Assembly (NCBI GenBank): GCA_965248695.1
Contig: CBDFKD010000002.1
Coordinates: 1,600,001 to 1,664,000 of the forward strand
DNA from: Acidobacteriota bacterium
GTDB taxonomy: Bacteria; Acidobacteriota; UBA890; WLXD01
Direction of reading: 5' to 3'
DNA: 64,000 bases
Shown here: positions 63,150-64,000 of the stretch, in pieces
Layout: every line of letters starts with the position of its first letter
How positions within the stretch are numbered: the first letter of the stretch is position 1
Made by a program: the position numbers and the translations under genes
Notes under the pieces: model-generated
What the model saw: only the letters and a program-made list of their open reading frames with translations
What the model was told of the DNA's origin: nothing
Database searches by the model: none

Positions 63150-63415
63150 CGACCGGTCTTGACGTAGTACATCGCCGCCGCGATCACGTACACGTAGCCG
63201 CCGTAGACCAGGATCCAAACTCCCCAGTCGAGATTGGCGGGACCGGCCGGCCAGTCGACCAGTAGCCCGAGACTGCCACCAACGAGAAAGAACGCCATCA
63301 GCGCGATCGAGACTCGCGGCAGTCGCGGAGCCTGCACGGTGGCCTGCCTCGCCGCGCCGAGCTCCGGCCCCCGGGGCTCCGCGATCGCGGGCTCGTCGCC
63401 GCCCGGCTGGTTCAC
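63146..63415 (-). CDS. Small two-TM membrane protein preceding the symporter
   Basis: 89 aa, two hydrophobic helices, 4-bp overlap with the dipeptidase stop. Confidence 0.7.
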   Translation of the reverse strand: MNQPGGDEPAIAEPRGPELGAARQATVQAPRLPRVSIALMAFFLVGGSLGLLVDWPAGPANLDWGVWILVYGGYVYVIAAAMYYVKTGR

Positions 63416-63999
63416 TGCCAGGCCTCGTCGAGCACGCGCATGATGTTTCCGGCCATCACCTTGGCAATGTCCTCCTCGGAATAGTCGTGCTGCACCAGCC
63501 AGCGCAGGATGTTCTTGGAGCCCTCGGTCGGGTTCTCGATGCCGCGCACGTACTCCACCATCTCGTGGCCGGGGCCGGACTTCTTGCCGCCTCCCTCTTG
63601 GGAGGCGTCGATCGACAACAGTCCGGCGTACACCTTGTGCACGCCGACGTGATCGCCCCAGAGCGTATCGGGGCCGAAGGCGACGTGGTCGATGCCGACC
63701 AGGTGGGCGACATACTCGAAGTGCTCCATGAACGACTCGATGTCGTGCAGGGGGTGCTTCTCGGTGATCGTCGTGTGCGGCGCCGCCTCGATGCCGATCA
63801 CGCCGCCCTTGCCAGCGACCGCCTTGATGACATCGTCAGGCGCCAGCCGCTTGATGTTCCATAGTGCCCGCGCCCCGGTGTGGGTCAGGAAGATCGGCTT
63901 GCTGCTCGCCTCCGCCGTATCGAGCGTCGTCTGGTCCGATGCGTGGGCGCAGTCGATGGCCATGCCGACCTCGTTCATGCGTGCCACCGCCTTCTTGCC
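63412..63999 (-). CDS. Membrane dipeptidase (M19 family), C-terminal part; 5' end outside the window
   Basis: MN..GM.ID.AH, TH.GAR, GGVIG, GIDHV.FG.D, KV..GN..RV. Confidence 0.88.
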   Translation of the reverse strand, partial: GKKAVARMNEVGMAIDCAHASDQTTLDTAEASSKPIFLTHTGARALWNIKRLAPDDVIKAVAGKGGVIGIEAAPHTTITEKHPLHDIESFMEHFEYVAHLVGIDHVAFGPDTLWGDHVGVHKVYAGLLSIDASQEGGGKKSGPGHEMVEYVRGIENPTEGSKNILRWLVQHDYSEEDIAKVMAGNIMRVLDEAWQ

Positions 64000-64000
64000 G

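Overview
A GC-rich bacterial chromosomal segment, densely coding, with about 50 genes. I saw no rRNA, tRNA, CRISPR array, prophage or transposase. A VWFA-type exported protein, a PadR-2-type regulator and a MacAB-like transporter suggest Acidobacteriota, but this is inference. Content: many exported hydrolases and peptidases (CocE/NonD, two M28, D-aminoacylase, amidase, PhoD, TolB-propeller amidohydrolase, S9/DPP-IV, membrane dipeptidase with a Na+:solute symporter); a Phd-PIN toxin-antitoxin pair; corA, alaX, trpF, tag, msrP, typA, scpA-meaB; an ECF sigma module; a propeller/Y_Y_Y sensor kinase with a NarL-type regulator; and an amino-acid biosynthesis block. Most notable observations: (1) a single-polypeptide chorismate mutase/prephenate dehydratase/DAHP synthase gene and the following leuACDB operon each have an unannotated leader peptide (Phe-rich, Leu-rich) with complete pause/antiterminator/terminator pairing. 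(2) A MITE-like family: one full 271-bp copy with 30-bp terminal inverted repeats plus three truncated copies, all flanked by YTAG duplications; the truncated copies sit at stop codons. (3) An orphan gene with a 13-aa-periodic Trp repeat lies behind a 190-bp island of 27% GC. (4) Two adjacent genes are interrupted: an in-frame TGA in a membrane Ser/Thr kinase and a 1-bp frameshift in a DPP-IV peptidase. All protein calls are by motif recognition; no database search was run.
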